Source: Vicugna vicugna
Taxonomy: Eukaryota
Assembly: GCA_013265495.1 (NCBI GenBank)
Contig: MU061538.1
Span: 1,428,001 to 1,492,000 of the forward strand
Direction of reading: 5' to 3'
DNA length: 64,000 nucleotides
Shown here: positions 1 through 10,505 of the stretch, piece after piece
Position numbering within the stretch: the stretch's first letter is position 1
Layout: each line of letters begins with the position of its first letter
Made by a program: the position numbers and the translations under genes
The notes under the pieces: model-generated
Told to the model about the DNA's origin: nothing
What the model saw: the letters and a program-made list of their open reading frames with translations, nothing else
Databases searched by the model: none

Positions 1-544
1 GCACAAAAAATTGCTTCCTTTATGAACATGTGAACAGTCCCTGTGGATAACTAATGTCTTATGTCCCAGCATCCAGTTTATTTGTTAATTTCAGAATGAC
101 CTGACTACATACCTGTTAGATTCAGGGCCACGAGCTGGCCGAATGCAGGTGAAAAGACACTGTTCCTTAGAGTCTGAAATTTGGGGTAAATCAGGAGAGT
201 GGGACGATCTCCAAGCCAGACGGTCAGCATCCCCCGTGACGCAGGGCCACTTGTCTGAGGCCTTCAGCAAGTGGCCGTGTCTGTGTCCCCACCTCCTGTG
301 GCACTGACCAGGAACCAGGTGGCAGTCGCTGACTTTATGACTCACTCTCTTACGCTGTATTTCTCATCTTGCACCAAAACGTGTCTTCTTTTACTTCGCT
401 CAGTAGTTCTAGCTCTTTCTCTCGGAGCTGCACGGAAGGCAGTTGCGGATTCTAGAGAAGGTCGGCATGACTGTCCATCCCCCAGGTGTCCTCTTCCCAG
501 TTTCCTCCAGCCATTCTTACTCGCTATGGGTATTTTGCAACGGG

Positions 545-745
545 AACAACTGGGATTTGGAGTCTGACGTGGGGCTGGCCATTTACTAGCTGCGTGAGGT
601 TGGGCACCGACGTTAGCGTTTTGGTTAGTTAGGAGCTTGTGTTTTCTCACTGGTGGGACAGAGGTGAAAATGCCGCCATCTGAGATTGCTCTGAAGATGA
701 GGCAGGGAAGTCTGTTGTGACAGTGCCCGCCTGGACTCGGCGCGG
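545..745 (+). mobile_element. MIR SINE, degenerate
   Basis: ggatttggagtctgac...gccatttactagctgcgtgaggttgggca...ttttctcactggt...gagattgctctgaagatgagg follows the MIR head/core order. Confidence 0.6.
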
Positions 746-1660
746 CGGCGTGCTAGCAGAGCTTTGTGCTGGGCGGCAGGGGAGGTGGCTGGCGATCGCG
801 CTCCGTCCGTCTCGTGTGTTCCTGGGCCCTGCCTGGTTGTTCAGCAACAGATAGTCAATAAAATAAAGTACTCAAATTCGAGTATGGACGCTGGCCTGGC
901 AGCCGAGGGCAGGGAGCGCGGGCTCTGCTCCCTGGTTTCCTCTGAGCTCTCACCCGGGCAGCTGATAGGGCGTAGTTTAAGCAGCATCCACTGCGGAATG
1001 CAGTGCAGGCGCAGCTCCTTGAACCGCCATTCAACCCAGACGCTCGAGTCTGCGTCCGTCTGTGGTGAGGCCGGGCTTCCTGCTCCCAGTGGTCTGCAGC
1101 GGAGTGTAAAGCCAAGAGCAGGGCCCCTCTCCTCCAGCTGGACTTGGGGTCCGCTCTCAGGCACCCACCTCGGGCTTTGGGGAGGTGGCTGAAGCTTGAG
1201 TCACCGCCCGCTCCTAACTGTGCCATCTGCTGTGTTTGGTTAAGCGTATTTTATTTGGAATTTGAGGCCGACCTGGCTGCGGCGTCTTCTCTCCACCAGT
1301 TGCCGGTTCGAATCAGCATTTAAGGACCGCAGGGCCAGCCGCTCGCACCCCTCCCTGCGTGTGCTTTCCGTGGAAGAATCCGGCCCTCCGGCTTACAGAA
1401 GGGGTTTTCTTCAGTCAGGGCAGGCCGTCTGTTTCTTCATGCAGTCAACTCTCAGTTGTACCGAAGTGGGACACAGAGTAGCAGAATCCTGCCTCACGCC
1501 ACCTTCCTCCGGAAAGGCTGAAGTCCGTGTGCTCTTTGCAGTATTTTCACTTTTCAGCCAACCGGGAATCCAGCTAATGGTACGACTGTCCCCCTCTTCC
1601 TGTGTCTCTATGGAGACAGCGTCATGGACGCACCGCCCCTCGATGTAAAGGATGAACGGT

Positions 1661-1794
1661 GGGGGCGGGTGGAGCTCAGGGCTGGAGCGCGTGCCTAGCA
1701 CGTGTGAGCTCCTGGGTTCAGTCCCCAGTACCTCCCTTTAAATAAATAAAGCTAATTACCACCCCCCCAAAATAAACAACAACAACAACAAAAG
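1661..1794 (+). mobile_element. tRNA-Ala-derived SINE (vic-1-like, camelid)
   Basis: gggggcgggtggagctcagggctggagcgcgtgcctagcacgtgtgagctcctgggttcagtccccagtacctcc has A/B-box-like motifs, then taaataaataaagctaattacc and an (aac)n/A tail; paralogous to 30055, 49701 and 57267. Confidence 0.9.
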
Positions 1795-1799
1795 ATGAG

Positions 1800-2000
1800 C
1801 AGTAACGTCGGCGCTGAGCACTTCCCGAGAGCACTGTGCTGAGGTGTCACCAGCGCAGCAGAAGGAACTTGCGTGTGAAGCACAGTTACTTTCCTTATTT
1901 TACAGCTGGGCAACTGTAGCTGAGCCAAGTGCAGGAGGTCCCCCCCGATCACAGGCTGGAAAGCCGAGCAGCAGCGTTCGCACACAGGCGGGCGAGCCGC
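1800..2000 (-). mobile_element. MIR SINE, degenerate
   Basis: tgagcacttccc...gcactgtgctga...ccttattttacagctgggcaactgtagct...atcacaggctggaaag matches the antisense MIR core. Confidence 0.65.
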
Positions 2001-2252
2001 CTTGACCGCTATGCTGGGGTTGACCACTGCTTTCTGTTGTGTTAGTTTTAAATTTCCGCGGTTGTATAATTTGTTTTAATAATAATTCTTGAGCTTATCA
2101 CGGACAGTGATTTTTTTTCTGGAGAATTTAAACTAAGGCATAGCTGGTATCTTCGGGGACCTGTGAGGGGCTATTCCTGCCAAGGACAGGGCTAGAGACC
2201 TGAGAAATGTTCCTTCTTTTTTTTCTTTCCCACCTAATTTTTTTAATCTTTG

Positions 2253-2499
2253 TTTTTTGAAGTATAGTCAGTTATAATGTGTTGATTTTTGATTAAAATG
2301 AATCCTCAGCCAAAAAAAGTAATGTGTCAGTTTCTGGTGCACAGCACAATGTCCCCGTCATGCATATGCACATACTCACTTTCATATTCTTTTTCATTAA
2401 AGGTTATTACAAGATATTGAATGTAGTTCCCTGTGTCATACAGAAGAACTTTGCTTTTCATCTATTTTTATATATAGTGGTTAACATTTGCAAATCTCA
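2253..2499 (-). mobile_element. LINE-1 3' UTR fragment (lineage-specific), interrupted by a 37-bp insert
   Basis: ttttttgaagtatagtcagtta...gtttctggtgcacagcacaatgtccccgtcatg...ggttattacaagatattgaatgtagttccctgtg...ttaacatttgcaaatctca; paralogous to 16128-16345. Confidence 0.9.
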
Positions 2500-4299
2500 G
2501 ATTTGCCTTTTTGATTTTCTTCCATCCAGCTGCGGTTAACGCTTTCCCGTACAAGATCATCACCACATACCTTTTTACAATTAAAGAGCAAAGAAGCGAA
2601 TATACATATTTTGCTTTCTTGAGTCCTCGCCCCCGCAGCCCAGTCTCCTGTATCTCCCAGGAGTCCCCCGAGGGACTCAGCGTCCACGATGTAGTTAGAG
2701 GCCATCACCCCTGAGCTATGAGACGATGACCTTGAGTCACACTGCAGTGTCTTTGAGGAAAGTCGTTTAACATTCACTCACCAAGTCTTGCTCACGGAGC
2801 AGTGGCACTGAGAGAAATAAAGACTCTTCCTGTTAATTCTGGGTAAACAGTGTGTGTTGCTAATTAGACTGTTTCTTTGCCCAGTAGCCCTGTTCAGCAG
2901 AGGTTTTACTCTCCAGCTGTATAGGTCTGTGAATCTGGTTGTCATCTCAAGATCCTGAGAAATGTATGAGAATGTGATCATATTGTAGGCAAACCCACTC
3001 CAGTAGACAATGTCATTCTTCCCCGCGGCCCCTTGTCGGTTCTTCAGATCTTGGTTGCCCAAAATCCTTTGGGTTCCTTCCTGTCGGCTCCTGTTTCGTA
3101 CCCCATGGGGCATGAGTTCTAAAGCTTTTGACAAACTGGTTTTTATCAGAGAGAATGTGGAGGATTCTCAGTCACTAAAAGCTGGAATTTTCTGAAAATT
3201 CCTTAAATAATTATAACTAATTACCCAAGACATAGTGACACGCCTTGCATGAGGGAAACTGTCCTCCAATCAGAGCAGCAAGAAGAGGCGGACAAGCCCG
3301 AGAACCCTTAGAACGAGGACGTGGACACTGATGCAGACGCGGCAGATAGAGGAGACTGGAGGCCCCGAGGGCGACTCGCTCAACTTCCCGGCCTCCGGCC
3401 CCGTTTGTACCATCGTCCTTCATTATCAAGGATACTGCTGCCACTGCTGACGGTGCCGTTTCCCGGGCCAAGATGTCCATTTAGCATGTACTTAGAGTGC
3501 ACCTGCTCGCGTGGTGGGGCTGAAAGCTGCCTCACGTTGCCAGCTGTGCTCCGAGCTCCTGGGTTATTCTGGGAAGGTGCTCTGCAGAGTGAGCCCTGTG
3601 GTCCCCCCAGCACCGCCGGAGGCGCAGAGGTGAAGACGGGGGAGGCTCGCTCTCCCTGCAGAGGTCTCGGACTGCTGGGTCCCATCCTGGAGTTCATCAG
3701 AGCAAGCAGGCTTTATCTCGCAGCTTCTGAAGTCGGCTGCCGTCTCTCTGGTTAGTGTAGAGTGCGGCAGCTTCAGGAAGAAGCCCTCCCCTCTCGTCAT
3801 GAACCTGTCCTCAGGGAATGGGCACGGGCAAAGCAGGTCGCGCCCCTGCATTCAGCCGCACGTACTTGTAAAGGTGGGTGTGTGGTCCTTCCCTGCAGGG
3901 GTCAGAGCAGAGAATGGGGGTCCAGGTCTGCTGGCCGTAGGGCACCCGGTCACCAGAGTGAATTTGTCGGAAAACGTATTAGATGGATGGTGGAAAAAAT
4001 GCACATGTGGACATGGTCATGCAGTTTTGGAGTGCCCTGATTTAAAATTGATGTGAGAAGCTATAGAGGAAAATCGATTGATTTATCGCAGAATACAATT
4101 AGACATAAAAGGAGAGTCTGCAGAGGTGATCTGAGTAACCTCAGGCCACTCGTGTGCAACAACAGACTGCAGACACAACAGTGGGTGGAGAGCAGCCCCC
4201 GACTGAGGACGCAGAAGATGGAGCAGGGCTGGGGCTGGTGAAGGATCTGGACCTCGTGCACTTGAGATGCTATCCTGAGCCTCACAGTATCGTTCACAC

Positions 4300-4512
4300 C
4301 TGCCAAGTGGTGGACCTAAGTGTCTGACTGTGGATGAATGAATGAAGAAGACGGGTGTGTGTCGCACGTATGACACGTGTGTCACGTGTGCACACATACA
4401 TGTGTATATGTCACATCCACATGGATGAGCCTGCAAGACATTGTGCCAAGTGAAATAAACTAGACAGAGAAAGGCAAGTGCTGTGTGAGCTCATTTACAT
4501 GTGGAATCTTGG
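4300..4512 (+). mobile_element. Old L1 (L1MA-like) ORF2 end, 5' part of the host element
   Basis: cctaagtgtctgactgtggatgaatgaat...acatggatgagcctgcaagacattgtgccaagtgaaataaactagacagagaaaggcaagtgctgtgtgagctcatttacatgtggaatct. Confidence 0.75.
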
Positions 4513-4519
4513 GGAAAAG

Positions 4520-5212
4520 TGTTGGTGAGAATGTAATTTGGTGCAGCCACCGTGGAAAACAGTATGGAAGTTCCTTAAAAAACTAAAAATCAAGTTACTA
4601 CATGATCCAGCAATCCCACTCCTGGGCACATATCCAGAGAGAACCTTAATTCAAAAAGATACATGCACCCCAATGTTCACAGCAGCACTATTTACAGTAG
4701 CCAAGACATGGAAGAAAGCTAAATGTCCATCAACAGATGACTGGGTAAAGAAGCTGTGGTATATTTATACAATGGAATACTACTCAGCCATAAAAAAGAA
4801 TGAAATAATACCATTTGCAGCAACATGGATGGACCCAGAGATGGTCATTCTAAGTGAAGTAAGCCAGAAAGAGAAAGAAAAATACCGTATGATACCACTC
4901 ATATGTGGAATCTAAAAAAATGAGACAAATGGATTTATTTATAAAACAGAAACAGATTCACAGATATAGAAAACAAACTTATGGTTACCAAGGGGTAAGG
5001 AGGGGTGAGCGGGATAAATCAGGAGTTTGGGGTCAGCAGATGCACGCTACTGTATGTAAAAGAGATGAGCAGCAAGGTCCTGCCGTGCAGCACAGGAGAC
5101 TGTATTGTAACAACCTACACACAAAGGAGTATGTGTATATAACTGAATCACTGTGCTGCACACCGGAAACCAACACAGCATTGTAAGTTGACTGTACTTC
5201 AGTTAAAAAAAA
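4520..5212 (+). mobile_element. 5'-truncated LINE-1 (ORF2 C-terminus + 3' UTR + A tail), nested in an older L1
   Basis: ORF 4538-4915 encodes the L1 ORF2 C-terminus ([80 protein letters not shown]); 3' UTR ends ttgactgtacttcagttaaaaaaaa. Confidence 0.95.
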
Positions 5213-5217
5213 GAAAA

Positions 5218-5535
5218 CCTCGTAGAAGCAGAGAGTAGTCTGGTGGTTATGAGGGTGGGGAGAGATGGCCCGAGGGCACGAGGCGGCGGTCCTGCAGGAC
5301 GAGTGAGTCTTGAGGTCTAACGCGGGGCCTGGGGACTGGGCTGAGTGATGCTGTGCTGAGCCCTGGACGTCGGCTGAGAGAGTGCGTTCCAGATGCCCCC
5401 GTCACACACGGACAGAAAAGGGAACTAGATTCACTAGCTCGACGGTAGTAGTCATTCCACTGTGTACATGGACATCAAATCACCATGTCGTACGCCTTCA
5501 GTAGACACATTTTTATTAAAAAATAAATTAAATAA
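5218..5535 (+). mobile_element. Old L1 (L1MA-like) 3' UTR, resumption of the host element
   Basis: ctcgtagaagcagagagtagtctggtggtta...cactagctcgacggtagtagtcattccactgtgtacatggacatcaaatcaccatgtcgtacgcctt...ttttattaaaaaataaa continues the element broken at ~4512. Confidence 0.75.
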
Positions 5536-5606
5536 CACAATTCTCAACTTTGAAAAGAGAAGATTTCAGGGACACCAAACCCACCTATTGAAAAATCCAC
5601 ACCTTT

Positions 5607-5681
5607 TTAAAATTTATTTATTTTTTAATTGAAGGATAGTCAGTTTACAGTGTGGTGTCAATTTCTGGTGTGCAGCACAAA
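5607..5681 (-). mobile_element. Ultra-short L1 3' end (75 bp) with perfect 17-bp TSD
   Basis: gaaaaatccacaccttt at 5590-5606 and 5682-5698 flanks a T-rich tail plus ttgaaggatagtcagtttacagtgtggtgtcaatttctggtgtgcagca. Confidence 0.92.
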
Positions 5682-5809
5682 GAAAAATCCACACCTTTAA
5701 ATACACACAGAATAATCTGATATAATGGTATTTTATCTCAATTTGTTAATAGGATATTTCAATTTTTATGGCTATATTATCAACATGATTGACTTGAAGG
5801 GGGAAAATC

Positions 5810-5925
5810 AATCAGTGAGGCTAAACTTATTCAACAATTAAAATTCACCAAGCATCTCTAATGTCTGGGCGTTGCGCAGAGCCACCGCGGCCCTGCCCTT
5901 GATGCTAAGCGTTGAGTGGAGGTCA
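5810..5925 (-). mobile_element. L2 3' end fragment
   Basis: attcaacaattaaaattcaccaagcatctctaatgtctgggcgttg...ccctgcccttgatg resembles the antisense L2 tail. Confidence 0.45.
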
Positions 5926-7082
5926 CAGTGTGGCGGGTGGGGCGGCGGTGCACCGGTGCAGGGATGGAATTTGCTAGCATGGACACAAACCCCTGAACAG
6001 TAAGGCAGCCGTCTCTGAGCAGTTAATGGACAGCTTGCTTAAAACCAAACACGGTCAAGCAGGTGCAGAACTGAAGCAGTTTAAAAAGATTTAAATCATT
6101 TTTTGACACCTTTGGCAAATGCAGAAAAAAATTACAACGTACACTGTAAATAGTAAGGATGTTTTAAAAAGATACAGGTGAAAAGGAACAGATTTCAAGA
6201 ATAATCACAAGAGCCACTGTTGGTATTTCCAACACTCAGTCACTGACAGTGAGGAGGGCGCTCTCTTTAAAAGGTGTCAGGTTGGGCATGCCCCCAGATG
6301 CCGTCACATTGAAGCAGAGCAGACATGAGGACCGGGAACATCAGGGGGCTGTCTCTGCAGCTGGAGTGGTCGGACATGCGCGGGGTCCTCCGTGGCCACG
6401 GGCACCGACCCTTCCAGTGACGATGCAGAAACGAGCACCTCGGGACCCTTGTCATCTTACCTTGTTTCCCTTGAAGGAGAGCAAGGAATCTACACGTAAG
6501 GCTGTGAAACCAGAAGAAGGGGATGGCGCTATGACCTGACGCGAATCTAGACATCTTTCTTCACGTAGCTGTTCAGGAAGATGGTGAATCTCACAGTCCT
6601 GCCCAGTCTTTCTGACATCTGGGCGGTCATGAAGAAATCAGCCAAAATTACAGATAGAAACCCTGAACCATCAGACAAGCAGAGAGCCCACTGGGGAGGC
6701 TGAGCGCCGCGGAGAGCGCGTCTCCTCACCGTGTCTGCTGTTGGCCTGTAAAAATCTGTTGTTTCCTGGAGTCCTTGGGGTTATTTTATGAAAACATCTC
6801 GTGGGGAATTTTTTCACTTTAGTCCCGTTTAGGTCGACACTTCCTACGTGTCAACCCTGTGGCCAGATTGATGCAGATGTGAAGCAGGAGGGCAGCACAG
6901 TCACACGAACTGGCTCTTCAGTATGAGGGGTGAGTTCGGGGACTGGGGCACACGCACGATGCTGCGAGCACACAGGGACCAGAGGGGCCCCTGCCTCCTG
7001 GAGGGCTGCATGGAGTGTCCTGGGGCACATTGCGATACAGCATCCAAGGGCAGTTTGATGTTCACAGGGGGCTGGGATTGGG

Positions 7083-7116
7083 TATGTGTGTGTGTGTGCA
7101 TGCGTGTGCGCGCGCA
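7083..7116. repeat. Alternating purine-pyrimidine (TG/CG)n tract
   Basis: tatgtgtgtgtgtgtgcatgcgtgtgcgcgcgca. Confidence 0.85.
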
Positions 7117-9029
7117 GGTGCCTGTGTGTGCCAGGTAGAGGGGGACGTGGGTGAGACGCAGGCCCAGGAGTGGCGTGGGGCTGTGAGGCAGGCCCAGCAG
7201 TGAGAGGCTGTCCGTCCCGGGAGATGAAGCGCGATGGGGCGGGGTGGTTGAGTCTGGCCTCTGGGTGACCAGGGGTTCTGAAGGGCAGTTTTTGTGTTGG
7301 GAACTGACCAGGTCAAGGTGGCATTTTGAGCAGCCCACTCTGCTGGGTATTTATTAGGGGTAACAAGACCTCAGAGAGAGGCCGACCGGTGGGAGCGGGT
7401 CGTGAGCCTCTTGAAGACTGAGCAGCAGGGAGGAGCTGCGGGTGCATCAGGAGGGTGCTGGCAAGGCTTGGTTTACAGGGCGTGTCAGAAGATTTAGGGA
7501 GCAGGCCTGGAGGAGCTGACTGGCTGGCGGACTGCAGCGTCCTCCCCGAAGTCAGGGCGTCTGCTCTCTGCGATGTGTATGGCTTTGAGCATGTATGTGT
7601 GTGGTTTGTCCCAAATCATTAGATTGGAAACATCTTTGTGAGCCACCCTCTGATCTTCAGCAGTTCTTACTTTTGTTTTGAAGGCCTTAAAACCTTGACA
7701 GAAACACAGATGTGAACTGTGCCGTTTGCACACAGGGTGGAGGAGTGGTGGATCAGACTGAGCTCCCTGCCTGGGCTCCAGCCCTGTTCCCCTGCATCCC
7801 AGAGGGTGCCAGTAACACCTTCCCATTTTTATTGAGTGGATATTGTTTTTAATCCAGAAAAAATTGAAACGTGGAGAAAAGCAAAGAGAAGAGAAGAGTG
7901 GATGCTGGAGAACCCCTGACACGCGTTGCTCTGCTGCCTTCAGCTGTTCTCTGGCAGCAGCAGTTCGGGGTAGATTCAGACGTGGTGGTGATTTCCTCAG
8001 ACCCACAGTGACGAGTACCTAACACAGTGAGCAGGAGCCCCGCTTGCGTCTGCGGCCCAGTCCACGCGGGTCTCCCCAGCGTCTCCGTGGGTGCTGCACG
8101 CCTGCTCTGCCCGCGTCAGCACGCGGGCGGAGGCTGCCTCCGCTGCTCGGGACCGGCGACCACTGGCTCTGCCATGGGCTCCCGTCACCCTCTCCTGTGG
8201 CGACATAAGAGGTATGATTTCCTTTCCAAAGATAAGGGATCACGCTGATAAGATGCTCCACTCCGATCACGGTGGGCAGCAGACCCCCGGAGACCCCCGC
8301 TGACCCGTGAGCGCTGCTCCTCCCTCCTCCCCTCTGGTGGGGCCAGCCCAGCACTTCGGTCGGACGGGCAGCAGCGAGGCTGCCCCGGAGTCAGCCGCCT
8401 GGATGGTCCGAGAAATGGAACATCGCTCCCTGTGTGATTAGACTTCCCTGTCCTGTGGATTCACTGCCGCCAAGAGCTGCTCTCTGTGTTGAGAGATCAA
8501 TTAGGACTCAAAGAGCATAAAATGTGGAAAAGGTGAACGCACCCCAAGTAGTGGAGGTGGTGCAGGATGGAGACAATGTTCTTTAGCATATGTAAAAGGA
8601 ACTGGCATCAATTTAGGAATTTATTAAATAAACTAATATAGCATGTTAAAGTGATTTTAATTTTTCATTAATTATTAAATAATTATTAATATTATTATGG
8701 AATAAATTATTAGGTAGCAAATTTTTTAACCTGACAATAATAGAGTTAATGTTCATTTTAATAATAATACATTAATTGAGAAATAAATCAGCGTAAGTTT
8801 AGAAAGTTTGCATGGCCTTCAGACTTTCATGTAAGAGTCTCATACTAGAGGACACAAGTTTTCAGTTGAAATGTTTACTAATAGCCAGGTTTTCTTCGTT
8901 CTCGGCTGACAGTTTGGACGTTGGGGGTTTTCTTCCCATCACGTTCACGGGGCCTTTTCATGGGCCAGGAGCTGCTCAGACTTGGTTGAGTTACAGTCGT
9001 CCTCTTCATGTCAAGGAACAGAAAAGCAG

Positions 9030-9210
9030 CAAGACTCAGTGTTGTTAAGGTACCCGTTCTTCCCAACCTAATCTACAGATTCAACACAATCCCAGTCAAA
9101 ATCCCAGCGTGTTATTTTGTGGGTATCGCCAAACTGATTCTGAAGTCTGCAGCTAGAGGTGACAGACCAGAAGGACCAACCCAGGACTGAAGGAGAGCAA
9201 AGTTGGAGGA
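9030..9210 (+). mobile_element. Old L1 ORF2 fragment
   Basis: ORF 9008-9190 contains RLSVVKVPVLPNLIYRFNTIPVKIP..YF....KLILK, the L1 ORF2 post-RT motif. Confidence 0.88.
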
Positions 9211-10339
9211 GCAAGTCTTCCGAAATATTTCACACTTGGAATTGTTGTATCTCTTAAATAGGTGATCGCCTTCCACCTGTGACGTGATCGCTTCTGCCAT
9301 CGTCCCGTTTGACTTAAACTCTCAGCTGCGTGTCTCATTGATCCTTCACGTCCCTCTCCTCCACACCAGCCAGGCATCCACCCCAGAGCCTTTCCACGAG
9401 GCGGGGGGCAGGTGCTCTTTGTCTGAAAGCAGAGCACGTACAGGTGTGTATCTACATGTGGTGATCACACCTCTGATTCTGCGATGACGTCCCACTTGAG
9501 AAGAATGACTGTTAATACAAAAATCCTACTTCTGGCAGACTTGGGACTTCGCATCCATTCTGTGAAACAAAGTGCTCCGTACAACATTCCTAACCTGTAA
9601 CCGGCCTTGGTCTTGAGATTTGGCCATGGGTTGAAAGGCCCCACTGTCCAAAGTTAGGGAGCGTTGATGACAAGAGCTGAGAACACAATTTGGATCTGAA
9701 AGATTTGGTTCAGCTTCTTTTGCCAAAGATTCTCAAGATACTGTAATTCAATAAAACATGAAATTTTAGTGTTCTTCGTAAGAGATGCACCAGGGATTCT
9801 ATTTCAGTGGTCATTTCTTTAAAATTGAGGTTTGCACCATGACATGATTTAGTCCTTCATTGCCTTCTGAGGACAATGGACTCAGTGTCCAGACACCTGA
9901 TTCCTGGTCCTTCTGATGCTGGTCAAACGCATCCCAGTGCTGGTCACCATCTGTCTGGGTTCCCAGTGCTGGTCACCACCACCTTCTACAGAGGAGGGCT
10001 CACCAGCTGACCTGGAAGTTCCCTTTCTGATCTGATCTCCGCTTCCATTTGTGAATATTTATAGATGCCTTAATTTCACTTGCATTTTACTTTTTTGTCA
10101 CCGAAGCCCCCTTTCACATCCCCTTCAAGAGGGCTGTGTGCCGGGTGCGAAGGCCTGCACCCTCACGTCTGCACTCACGTGTGTGTGTGAAGCGTGTCGG
10201 AAAGTCTCTGCAGAGCTACACGCAGAGGCAGGAACTCCCTGCGTGTGAACGCTGCTCGTCAGCACAGGGCACCCCAGGGATCGTAAATTCCACTCTTGCT
10301 GCCAAGTAAGTGGCAACTGGGGAAGGAAGCAGTGATCCT

Positions 10340-10505
10340 CTTTTTTTTTTCGCCTTTCTGTTTTTGATTGAAGTACAGGCGATTTACAATGTTGTGTTAG
10401 TTTCAGGCGTACAGCAGGGTGATTCAGTTATCCGTGCACACGCGCACATTCGTCTTCAGGTTCTTCTCCGCCATAGGTTATTACAGGACGTTGAATACAG
10501 TCCTG
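10340..10505 (-). mobile_element. LINE-1 3' UTR fragment
   Basis: T tail + attgaagtacaggcgatttacaatgttgtgttagtttcaggcgtacagca...ataggttattacaggacgttgaatacagt. Confidence 0.88.

Noticed and set aside
4538..4915. Intact-looking 125-aa ORF as a host gene
   Set aside because: It is the C-terminus of L1 ORF2 in a 5'-truncated copy, without EN/RT or promoter.
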